A stretch of DNA of 64,000 nt, taken from contig OY740803.1 in assembly GCA_963514005.1 (NCBI GenBank), positions 20,088,001-20,152,000 on the forward strand, written 5' to 3'. The DNA is from Raja brachyura. Its lineage: Eukaryota. Position numbers and translations under genes: made by a program. The number at the start of each line of letters is the position of its first letter. The stretch's first letter is position 1. The notes below the pieces were generated by a model. It was not told the origin of the DNA. It did not search any database and saw nothing but the letters and a program-made list of their open reading frames with translations. Positions 1 to 11,039 of this stretch are shown in pieces.

Positions 1-19
1 GCTCTCACAGAAGCTCAAC

Positions 20-332
20 AGTTTAGTTTTAGTTTTAGTTTCAGAGATACAGTGTGAAAACTGGCCCCTCGGCCCACCGAGTCTGTGCCAACCATATTAA
101 CACTATCCTACACCCACTAGGGACAATTTACAGTTATACCAAGCCAATTTACCTACATAGCTGTCCGTCTTTGGAGTGTGGGAGGAAACCAAATACCACA
201 GAGAAAACCCACACAGTCATGGAGAGAATGCACAAGCTCCATAAAGACAGCACCCGTAGTTGGGATCGAACCCGGGTCTCCGTCACTGCATGCGCTGTCA
301 GGCAGCAACTCTACCGCTGTGCCACCGTGCCG
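20..332 (-). mobile_element. HE1-like tRNA-derived SINE
   Basis: Reverse complement starts gcggcacggtggcacagcggtagagttgctgcc...cccgggttcgatccc (A/B-box-like head) and ends in a (taaac)-type tail. The same consensus recurs about 20 times in the window. Confidence 0.85.
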
Positions 333-399
333 CAGGATCAATCGCAGAACTCCATGACTATTGGAACAGGTCAAAGAGATAGTCTGGAGAATATGACAT

Positions 400-750
400 A
401 GGAGGCTTTAGAGATACAACGTGGAAACGGGCCCTTCGGCCAACCGAGTTTGTGTATGTACACTGAGCTTTTTTCTCGCTTATTATATTGTTTACAGAGT
501 ATTACGTTTAAACATTCTGGTGCAAGTAAGATTTTAATTGTTCTGTCTGGGACATATGACGATAAAACACTCCTGACTCTTGGCCGACAACCTGCTCGTC
601 TTTGGAATGTCGGAGGAAACTCCGGAGGAGCACCCGGAGAAAACTCACGCGGAACGTACAAACTCCGTACAGACAGCGCCCATAGCCAGGATCGAATCCG
701 GGCCTCTGGTGCTGTGAGGCAGTAGCTCCACCGCTGTGCCACAGTGTTGC
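400..750 (-). mobile_element. HE1-like SINE interrupted by a short unrelated insert (~450-575)
   Basis: Same head and tail consensus as 20-332. Confidence 0.75.
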
Positions 751-830
751 TCCTCAGGTCCTCAGCATGAAACGTGAATGTGTCTCCACAAGAACAGCCC
801 AGCAGTCAACTTCAACAGAGACAGATATAC

Positions 831-940
831 CTGGTGCAAGTAAACATCCACAGATACATTCTGATAGTTTCATCCTTTGGGATTTAGTCAGCAGTAGTGC
901 TACCAAGCTTCTCTTGGTAATGAATAGTGACAAGCCCTGC
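831..940 (-). CDS. Probable leader/signal-peptide exon of a - strand gene continuing left of the window (ATG at 873; MKLSECICGCLLAP-G)
   Basis: On - strand: polypyrimidine acceptor cctttttttcag ending at 941, then ATG, 14 codons + 1 nt, then donor CAG|gtatat (phase 1, typical of IgSF leader exons). Non-repetitive sequence. Confidence 0.5.
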
Positions 941-1114
941 CTGAAAAAAAGGATGGTATTACCTTGCTTGTGTTTACCTAAGGCCATAAATGATATCTCA
1001 TCTCCAGTCTGTTGACCAGTCCCATATCTATTACCTCCCAGCGGTTTGATTCTGCTGTGGACCAGGTATCGTGAGATATCGTAATGCAGGCATCTTGCAC
1101 TTTATCTGAATCAA

Positions 1115-2145
1115 GATGCACACAGTCTCTTGCCCAGAGTAGGTGAATCGAGGACAAGGGGACATAGGTTTAAGCTGAAAGGGAATAGATTTAATAGGAA
1201 TCTGAGGGGTAACTGTTTCACACAATGGGTGGTGAGGGTATGGAACAAGTTGCCAGAGGATCCAACGGGATCCCAATACTAGCCACATCTTTCCACCTCC
1301 ACCCCTTTCTGGAGCAACGGATGCAATAGATGAGGTTAGAGGAGGTGCAGGTGAACCTCTGTCGGACTTGGAAGGACTGCTTGGGTCCCTGAAAGGAGTG
1401 GATGGGGGAGGTGAAGGGACAAGTGTAGCATCCCTTGCGGTTGCAAGGGAAAGTGCCCGGGGAAGGGGTGGAGTGGGAGGGAAGGGAAGAATTGACAAGG
1501 GAGTTGCGGAGGGAGCGGTCTTTGCGGAAGGCAGACAGGGGGGGAGATGGGAAGATGTGGGTCTATTGAATATAGAATTTGTGAGGTCATGTTACAGTTG
1601 TACAAGACAGTGAGTGGTGAGACCACATTTAGAGTATTGTGTTCAGTTTTAGTCACCATGTTATAGGAAAGATGTTACCAAGCTGGAAAGGGTGCAGAGA
1701 ACATTTATGAGGATATTGCCAGGACTAGAGGACCTGAGGGAGAGGTTGAGCAGCCAGGACTTTATTCCTTCGAGCGCGGGATGATGCTGATCTTAAAGAG
1801 GTGTATAAGATCACGGGTGGAATAGAGAGGGTAAATTCACAGTTTTGTATCCAGAGAAGGGGGATAAAGAACCATAGGAGGTAGGTTTAAGGTGAGGGGG
1901 GAGGGGGAGCGTTAATCTGAATCCGAGGGGATTTTTTTACACAAAGGGTGGTGGGTGTATAGAACGAGCTGAGGAGGAGGGACTTGAGGCAGGCACTTAA
2001 ACAACTTTTTTAAAAATTGGCCATTTACATGAACAAGATAGGTTTAGAGGGACATGGGCCAAATGTAGGCAAGTGGAACTAGTATAAATGGGACATCTTG
2101 GTCGGCATGGGCAAGTCGGGCAGAAGGGCTTGTTTCTGTGCTGTG
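1115..2145 (+). mobile_element. CR1 LINE 3' fragments with an embedded, partly inverted Penelope fragment (~1260-1560)
   Basis: CR1 C-terminal motifs (RPHLEYCVQF, RGHRFKL). The Penelope piece matches 57580-57850. Confidence 0.75.
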
Positions 2146-2266
2146 CCAACTAAAAACTCAGCTGTTTTTCGACTAACCCCGGAGTCCTCCACAGTGGATC
2201 CGTATGGAACTATCCGCAAGGAAAGCTGCCGACTGCAACCCTCTTCCGCGAACAGGTGCGAGTTAC

Positions 2267-2964
2267 CGTAAACCTCCCAATCATGAAAACAACCACTGGA
2301 CCTGAAATGAACGAGAGCCTGACGGCTGGGACAAAGTGAAAGTGCAGCTTTCCATTTGAGCTGCAGTCTATTGAGTGTCTGCGTTTATTTGTGTATGTTT
2401 GCCTCTGTGAAGTAATTCGTTCTTCTAAATACATTTTAATAATTAAAACATTTAAAAACATTTTAACTATGCGTAAGATGGAACTGCAGATGCTGGTTTA
2501 CACCGAAGATACACAAAGTGCTGGAGTAACAGCAGGTCAAACAGCATCTCTGGAGAAAAGGGAATAGGTGAGGTTTGGGGTGGAGACCCTTCTGTGCCTG
2601 ATGAAAGGTCGCCACCCGGAACGTCACCTCCTCCTTTTCTCCAGAGATGCTGCCTGACCAGTTGGGTTACTCCAGCACTTTGTGTAAACCTTTTAACGAG
2701 ACAATTGACGCAGTCTCCCACGTCGGTTAAGGGCTACTCCGTGAAGCAGCGAATGCCTTGTTTTCCGCGCATGGGGCGGTAGTTATTGCTTGCTCCCGAA
2801 TCTCCAATACTGAAACAGAAACCGCGGGCAAGAGGGCGAAGTATTTAAATCCGTGTTTCCCACCCTGCATCGGGTTTCATGGGGAGGTGAAGTGCGATCG
2901 GTCAGGATGGATGTGGTCGGCGGGGATTAAGCGCGGCACAGGATACATCATCGGCCTGGTGACG
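2267..2964. promoter_or_regulatory. Candidate bidirectional promoter with non-coding first exons
   Basis: CpG-enriched unique sequence. IRF-type AAGTGAAAGT at ~2334, ISRE-like GAAACAGAAACC at 2812-2823, GC box at ~2774, TATTTAAA at 2842. Donor on - strand (CG|gtaact at 2266) and on + strand (CG|gttagt at 2965). Confidence 0.4.
2470..2685. mobile_element. Fold-back (inverted dimer) Penelope-LTR-derived short element with degenerate hammerhead motif
   Basis: Left arm is the reverse complement of the right arm. Core ctgatgaaaggtcgccacccggaacgtc at ~2598-2625. Confidence 0.7.
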
Positions 2965-3254
2965 GTTAGTGGCCACGTTTTTCTTTTCGCAGAAAAAGTC
3001 ACTTTGTTGTGGTTAGGATGGGGTCACGGCAGAGGCGACTGTAGCAGTTTCACAGGTGAAACTGACGCCTGTGACGGGTGGGTGTGTGTGTGTCCCTGGT
3101 GTGTGTATGTGTGTAGCCGGCTGGGGACTCCTGAATATCGCCCTGACCTCGGCTTTAGGTGAAACTGCGCCAGATCTCCACACTAGTCACAAAGTGCTGG
3201 AGGAACTCAGTGGACAGACAGTGGTTTCGGGTCAGCAAGTGAAAGTTCCCGCAA

Positions 3255-3630
3255 TGTGTAGGAAGGAACTGCAGATGCTGGTTTACGCCGAAGATAGGCA
3301 CAAAATGCTAGAGGAAGGACAGGCAGCATCTCTGGGTCGGAGGGATGGGTGACATTTCGGGTCGAGACCCTTCTTCAGACTCAAAGGGTCTCGACCCGAA
3401 ACGTAACCCATTCGTTTCTCTCCAAAGATGCTGCCTGTCCCGCTGAGTTACTCCATCCTGCATTCTGTGTCTATCTGAAGTGAAGGTTCACTTCGGTCTG
3501 AAGGAGAGTCCTGACCCGAACTCTCACCTGTCCATCCCCCCCCCCCCCCCCAGATGTTGCCTGACCCTCTGAGTTCCCCAGCACTTGGTATTTTGTTCAG
3601 GATTTCACCACCTACAGTTCTTTGTGACTT
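3255..3630. mobile_element. Cluster of Penelope-LTR-derived hammerhead-bearing short elements (inverted pair plus a third copy)
   Basis: tttcgggtcgagacccttcttcagac (- strand) immediately followed by agggtctcgacccgaaacgta (+ strand). Confidence 0.75.
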
Positions 3631-3709
3631 CAAGTGTTACTAATAAATAGTTAAGTAATAAGCTTAAGTAATAAATAGTTATTTCTGCTCTTTATTGCTG
3701 CTCTTTGCA

Positions 3710-3900
3710 GCTGCCCCTCTCTCCCCCTCACTCCCCTCTCCGTTAAACACCCCACCCCCAACCCCCTCACTTTCCCCCCCTCTCTCTTTCTCCCCCGCTC
3801 TCTCCTTTCCCTCCCCTCTCTTTTCATCCCTTCCCCCTCCCCTTCCCCCTCCCCCTCCTCTCTTCCCCCCCCCCCCCCTCTCTCCCTCTCGTTTCCATCC
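3710..3900. repeat. Polypyrimidine low-complexity tract
   Basis: Almost pure C/T sequence. Confidence 0.9.
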
Positions 3901-4099
3901 CTTTGTTTTGCGTGCTGTCCAATCAGATCAGATAAGATCTGTATATAAATACTATAGAGCCAAACTCATGAAAAATAAGCAGAGTCAAGGGCAAGGTTGA
4001 AGGTACAGAATACAGTTTTCAGCATTGTAGAACAAGAAAGAAAGAAGGCATGAAAGGGAATCTTCACATGTCCCAAATCTTATTCAATCAAAAATAAAG

Positions 4100-4847
4100 A
4101 GATCAAGATCAAGAGACATTTATGGTCACATGCACCAATTGGTACAGTGATATTTGGGGTCACCATACAAATAAAAAAGAACAAAACATGATAGTATTTT
4201 AACATAAACATCCCCTGCACAACGGAATCAACGTTTCCTACTGTGAGGGATGGCCCAAAGTTCAGTCATCCTCCTCTTTGTTGTCCTTGATGTACACCCG
4301 TGGTCAGGGCCTCCCGAGCCCTCCGCAGTCGCCGCTACGGGTGGCCCGATGCTCAGGCACTCTCGCCGGCATGATGGAACTCCGACGTCGGAATGGGAGA
4401 ACCACCTCAGCGGTTTGGACCTCCGAATCGGCCACTTCCTACCGGAGTCCGCGGCTCCCAAAGTCCACAGGCCACGCTGAGTGGAGACCCACTCTGGCGG
4501 CCCTCGGCAAAGGGCCCCAGGGCACAGCGATGTTGAAGTCAGCGCCACCCGCGCTGGAAGCTCTTCAAACCAGAGCTCCGCAATGTATCCAGGAAAGGCC
4601 ACTCCAATGCAGGTGGTAGGCCACGAGGAGGGGGTGAGGACGCGAGGAGAATAGTCACATCCTCGCCAGGAGGCGGCCTGGAGACGGTTTTCCCCCTTAC
4701 CCTACCTACCCCCCCCCCTCCCCCACATAGAAAAACGAAAGAAACCTCTTCAAGATACAAGATAAACAAACTAAAAAATAAAAAAAGATGGAAAATAACA
4801 GACAGACTGTAGGCAGAAGCAGCCTTCATGCGGCGCCCCTAGTGGCC
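4100..4847 (-). mobile_element. Non-autonomous retroposon (family also at 9565-10070, 50536-51015, 62345-62972)
   Basis: Shared block aacataaacatcc...actgtga(t/g)gga, GC-rich middle, microsatellite tail (aagatc)n. Confidence 0.6.
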
Positions 4848-7149
4848 TCCTTTATATAATATAGATATGATGGGATGTTGTCCAATTTGGTAGGGCAACA
4901 ATAAGAAGACAAAATGTTTTGTAATGGGAGAGACTGAAAGATATTAAGGGGGACCTAGATATCCTTGTACACTTCTCACTGAAAACATGTGTCTCTGCAA
5001 CAAGCAGTTAAGAAGGCACACAGTTTATTGGCCTTTACTGCTAAAGGATTTGTTTACAAAGATGCATCCATCAAACTGCAATTAAGCAATCGTGAAACTG
5101 CCGCTGGAATATTCTGTATAATCCTAGTCTCCCAACCCGAGGAAGGAGAGAAGAGTGTAGTGAGAGTTTAGTTTAAAGAAGCAGCATAGCAACAGGTCCT
5201 TCGGCCAACCAAATACACATCAACCATCAATCACCCATTCACCCTAGTTATTCCACTTTTTTTTCCACTTTCCCACTTTCACATTCACTCCCTACACACC
5301 AGGAGCAATTTACAGAGGCCAATTAACCTCCAAATCTGTAAGTATTTGGAATTTGGGACAGTGAGGAAGGTTTTCCAAGATGTCAACAGGACGTAGATAA
5401 ACTGGGGCAAGAAACGGCAGATAGAAATGAATTTGAACCAAAATGCAATGATTTGGACGTACCTATATATCCGTTCGTCTTTGGAATTTGGGATGAAACT
5501 GGAGCACCCCGAGGAAACTCATGCGGTCACAGGGAGAACATGCAAGCTCCGCAAAAACTGCACCCAAGTCCCTAGCGCTGTGGGGCAGCAGCTCTACCAG
5601 CTGCACCATTGTGCTGCCCCTGTTACTACAAAAGCTCAACAGATTGATTCTAGGGAGCAGGCAAAATGTGTAGGAAGGAACTGCAGATGCTGGTTTACAC
5701 CAATGATAAAAAAGCATCTGGAGAAGGGTTCCGACCCAAAGCATCACATATTCCTTTTCTCCAGAGATGCTGCCTGACCCGCTGAGTTACTCCAGCACTT
5801 TGTCTCTATCGTGGGAGAAGGGTTTTGTCGGAGAGGTTAAGTGGATTGATCCTCGAGAGAATTTGAAAGAATGAGAGATTATCTCATGAAAAACTCCCAA
5901 TCTTTTGATGTGGTGTGCAATGATAATTACAGGACACTAATGAGCTTGTGTATCCAGTGCTGACATTCAGAAATCATGGATCATGTAAAGTAGGCCAAAT
6001 GCCCCTCATACATTGAATAGAATTGGTTTGAAAGATGAAGCGTAGAAACCTGCCCTCCGGCCACCAAATCTGTGCCGAACACACTACCTCTACCCACTTT
6101 CTATGCTATCCCACTTTCACATCCAGTGCCTACACACTAGGGGCAATTTACAGAGATCAATTAACCTACAAATCATCACATCTTTGGAATGTGGGGGAAA
6201 CCGGAGCACCCGGAGGAAGCCCACACGGTCACAGGGAAAACGTACAAACTCCAGCCATGATTTGAGTCAAGATCTTTCTTTTAAAGAAGGGTCTCAACCT
6301 GAAGCGGCGCCTATCCCTTCCCTCCACAAATGCTGCCTGACCCACTGAGCTCCTCCAGCACACTGTGTTTTGCCCCAAATTCCAGCATCTGCAGTTCCAT
6401 TGTGTTTCTGTGTATTTCTTATGTTTGTCACAGAAAGAAAGTAATGGAGCTCGAGATCCTACCTTACTTCACTGAGTATTTCAATGTTCTCTTTAATTTT
6501 GAGCACTGGAGCATGTTGTGACACAGGTGTGGTATAATGGACTGTGAGGAGGGTTATCTAAGATTACAACAGATTGTAGACAAACTTGGAAACTGAGCCT
6601 AAGGAACGGCAGGTAGAATTTTATTTTAGCCAAAATACAATGATTTGGACTTGCACGTTAAACCAGGGAAGACTTAAGGCATTACCCTGGAATGCAAATG
6701 CATTGGTCCCTGAAAGTGGTGACACAAGTAGACAGTGAAAATAAAGACATGCTCTGCTTAAATTCCTCCTCTTGCTCATTACTGGACTTGTCATTTTCCC
6801 TTTTAGTTTTCAGAACTATACCGTGGCCCTCAGTTATAGTGATAGTAATTTAACACGAAATTGAGCCCTTAAGCCCAACACATCCATACTGACCAAAATG
6901 CCCCATCTAAACTAATCCCATTTTCTCACATTTAGCCCATATCCATCTAAACCTTTCCTATCCAAATACCTGTCCAAGGGCATTGATACCCTTGATACCA
7001 TTTCCTAATAAAATCCATTCATCTCAAATTTCAAATGGTTAAATTTGAAATCTTCAGAAGTTCTCCGATGAAAGAATTCTAGATTTCCTCTTTGCTTGGA
7101 CGAGAAATGTTTTTTGGCCCACGTCTCACTTTTAAGTCATGGCTTCTTG

Positions 7150-7582
7150 TTTTAAACAAGAACCAACCTCCCTTCCATTGACCCCGTTTCTCCCTCACGC
7201 TGCCTCGGCAAGGCCAGCGACATAATCAAGAACGAGTCAGACCCTGGCCGCTCCCTCTTCTCCCCACTCCCTTTGGACAAATGTATAGAAGTGTGAAAAC
7301 GCACATCTCCAGATTTAGGGACAGTTTCTTCCCAGCTGCTATCAGGCAAAGGAATCATCCTATCCCAATTAGAGAGGAGTCTTGAATTAATATCTACCAC
7401 ATTGGCGACCCTCAGACTATCTTTAATCGGACTTTACTGGCTTTACCTTGCACTAAACGTTATTCCCTTATCATGTATCTATACACTGTAAATAGCTCGA
7501 CTGTAGTCATGTATTGTCTTTCAGCTGGCTGGATAGCACACAGCAAAAGCTTTTCATTCCACACATGACAATAAACTAAACT
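7150..7582 (+). mobile_element. Rex1/Babar-like LINE 3' end
   Basis: Remnant C-terminal motif (SFFPAAIR) and 3' UTR ending aataaactaaact. A related - strand copy lies at ~7820-8215. Confidence 0.65.
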
Positions 7583-8869
7583 TTCCCATCCAGATAAATG
7601 AGTTTCCAACAATGCTATCACTTCTATTCCTGACCTCACCCACTTCCATGGGATCGTCTCCTAATTATCAATGCTTAAGGAAGTGCAATCCAGAGCATGC
7701 AGTCTATTCCAGTAAATCAGCATTGCCTTCAAAAGGCAACATTTTTGCTACCACGATGTATGCAAAACACTGTAGGCTCTGACCACTCATTTGTATAACT
7801 GTAAGATATTATTGTTGTTTAGTTTAGTTTATTGTCACGTGTAATGATGAGGTAGAGTGAAAAGTCTTTTGTTGCTTGCTAACCAGTCAGCAGAAAGGCT
7901 ATATGTACATGATTACAATCAAGCCCTCTGCAGTGTTCAGGATAAAATAAATGATGTTTAGTGCAAGATAAAGTCCAGTAGAGTCCGATTAAAGATGGTC
8001 CGGGGGTCTTCAATGAGGTGGATTGTAGCTCAGGACTGCTCTCTGATTGTGGTAGGATGGTTCAGTTGCCTGATAACAGCTGAGAAGAAACTGTCCCTGA
8101 ATCTGGTGGTGTGCGTTTTTACACTTCTGTACTTTTTGCCTGATGTGAGTGGGGAAAAGAAGGAATCACCGAGGTAAGACTCATCCTTGATTATGCTGGT
8201 GGCCTTGCGGAGGCAGGCAAGTTCATCAAATCATAAACGCTATTGTTATTGATTCACAAACCTGTACAGCAGAGAAAGGGGTCTTCGGCCCACCATGTCC
8301 ATGCCGGCATTTTAGTCCAACTAATGCAATTCCATTTGGCTGCATTATGACTGTATCCTTCTAAGCTGGCCTCTGAACAATCTGACTAACAGCATGCTAA
8401 ACGTAGTAATTGGTATCTGAATTCACCACCTATCTGACAGTATAGCATTATAGATAACAACATGTCCACACCAGCCAACATATCCCATCCACATTAGTTT
8501 AACTTGCCTGCGTTTGGCCTATATCCCTCTCAACTTGTCCTATCCATGTACCTGTCTAATTGTTTCTTGGACATTGCAATAGTACCTGCCTCAACTACCT
8601 CTGCCAGCAGCTCGTTCAATACACCCGCCTTTGTGTGAAAAAGTTACCCCTCAAGTTCCTATTAAATCTTTCCCCCCTCACAAACCAATGGCCTCTGGTT
8701 CTAGATTTCTCCTACTCTGGGCAAGAGTTTGTGCGTCTACCCAATCTATTTCTCTAATGGAATCATGGACTTGGACACAGAGGCTTTTCAGTTCATCAAT
8801 ATTCCTTAGTGCTGCCATTGACTATATATGTCCTACCTCCACTTGAGCTCCCAGTATGTATCAACTCCC

Positions 8870-9188
8870 ACTTTAGTTTAGAGATACAGATACAGTGCGG
8901 AAACAGGCCCTTCGGCCCTCCTAGTCCACACCGACCAGCGATCTTCACACATCAACACTATCCTACACACACTAGGGATAATTTACACTTATACCATGAC
9001 AATTAACCTACAAACCTGTACGTCTTTGGGGTGTGGGAGGGGACTGAAGATCTCTGAGAACACCCAGGCAGTCACGGTGAGAATGTACCAACTCTGTGCA
9101 GACAGCGCCCGTAGTCAGGATCGAGCCAGTGTCTCTGGCGCTGCAAGCTCTGGAAGGCAGCAAATGTGCCGCTGCGCCACTGTGCGCC
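8870..9188 (-). mobile_element. HE1-like SINE
   Basis: Full head-to-tail consensus. Confidence 0.85.
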
Positions 9189-9564
9189 CTCAGAATTTGG
9201 CAGGTTTAAAATTCCATTCGCCAATGCTCTGCCCAACTTGTCATCTGATCTACGTCTTACTATAGCCTGACAAACCTGCCCTGCAATCCGTAACACCAAT
9301 AATTTTAATGTAGCCTGCAAATTTACTAATCTCTTACATTCATGCCCAATTTACCAGAATAAAACACAAAGGTTCCAGCACCCATCCCACTGAAACTAAT
9401 GGTGACAGATTTGCAATCAGAAAAAAAACACCCTTCCACCACAATGCTCTGCCTCCTATCAACAAGCCTATTATGGATCCTAAGTGCCTTAACATGCAAG
9501 CTTGCCAAATGCCGTGCCAAAGTCCATAGAGACAACATCTTACAAAATCTCCTTTGCTTTCTTA

Positions 9565-10070
9565 ATACAATACAATAATACTTTATTTGCAAAGTATGTT
9601 TTGCAACATACGAGGAATTTCATTTGTCAAGTTATTCATACAAATAAAAAGCAACAGGACGCAAAATACATTTTAACATAAACATCCACCACAGTGACTC
9701 CTCCACATTCCTCACTGTGATGGATGGCAAAAAAAAAGTTACATTTCTTCCCTTCTTTGCTCTCCCGTGGTCGGGGGCCTCGAGCCTTCAGTTGATGGGA
9801 TGATCTTACTCCCGTAGCCAGCGGCGAGCCTTCCTGGTTGGGCGATCAAGCTGCTGCATCGGAGGATCTCAGCTCCCCTGCGGCGAGCGATCGGACCCCA
9901 GGTCGGGGTTGTCGAACCTTCTGCATCGTTGGAGCTCCCGACTCGGTCTCTCCCGAGACAGCGAGCCCTTGATGTTAAAGTCCCAGGCAAGGTAAGTCTG
10001 TGCCCCTGCAGTGGGGCCCAAAGTCAGTCCCTAGCGAGGTCTCCAGCTCCATGATGTTAGGCCACAGAGC
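9565..10070 (-). mobile_element. Non-autonomous retroposon with (caata)n tail
   Basis: Homologous to 62345-62972 and 50536-51015. Confidence 0.6.
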
Positions 10071-10342
10071 AGGCACGTGCCGTGAGTAATTACTCAGGGT
10101 AGGCACTCAGTCGGCTTTAAAAAAAAATTAAACCGCGCATGCGCAGATTGTTCTCTCCGTAAAAATAAAAATTACAAATAAAAGCAGTAACAATTCAATT
10201 TGCCCAAGGCTTCCGAGTTTCCTTTATTCTGAATTACTGAATGGGTGGGTGGTGAAGGGTGATGCAGGTGGAGAGATGGTGGGAAAAATGGGAGGGAAAA
10301 GTTGAATCAGTTGTCATCTTATTGAAAGACAACACTTGTTCA

Positions 10343-11012
10343 AGGGACCAATTGGGGGGACAGTTCCTTTCACAGCGTGTGGGAGGGTAGCCAGGGGTAA
10401 AGTTGCGGGGAGAGCAGGAGTGTTGAGGAGGAGGGGGTCGGGGATAATGCCAGTAACTCACTCACTGCTGCTGCAGTGCTCCGGGCGCGAAGCCACGCAC
10501 TGTAGCCGGGGATAGAAGCAGCTCGGGGAGCTGCGAGCGGCCGCCGGGCCCCGACAGCAGAACTGGTTGCCACTTCAGCGCCTTCTGCCAGCCTGCTCAC
10601 CTCTGGCAGTGCTCTCCGTCTGAACACCTCTCACCTGCCGCTCGCTCATGTCAGTGGCTCCCTGCAAATCCTTAAATTCCCACAGCCAAGTGACCTCAAT
10701 CGCGCTGTCGGAATTTAAGGACATGAGTGAGGCCAGCGAGCGGCAGGAGAGAGATTTTTAGACTGAGAGCTGCCAGAGGCGAGCGGGGGCCGGCAGAAGG
10801 CACCGAGATGGCGGCCGGTTCTGCTGTCAGGTACCGGCGGCCACCTGAGCTATTTCTCCCCCCCGGCCTCAATGTAGTGGCATTGCACGCCTCTGTGCAA
10901 GGAGCGTCGCAAGTGGCATTATCCCGATCCCCTCCTTCACAACATTCGTGCCCTCCCCGCAACTTTACCCCGGGCCAGATTCCCCAAACGCTGTGAAAGG
11001 AGCTCTGTCCCC
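10343..11012. mobile_element. Fold-back/MITE-like element with ~110-bp imperfect inverted repeats
   Basis: 10343-10452 (gggacagttcctttcacagcg...ggggtaaagttgcgggg...gggataatgcca) is the inverted complement of ~10914-11012. Confidence 0.65.
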
Positions 11013-11039
11013 ACCCCGGGAAATACGGTATTTAAAAAC

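Noticed and set aside
3695-4000. Proline-rich ORF
   Set aside because: Polypyrimidine low-complexity tract.
4830-4847. CTCF-like motif ggccactaggggcgccgc
   Set aside because: One base short of the consensus spacing and located at a repeat end; no support for function.
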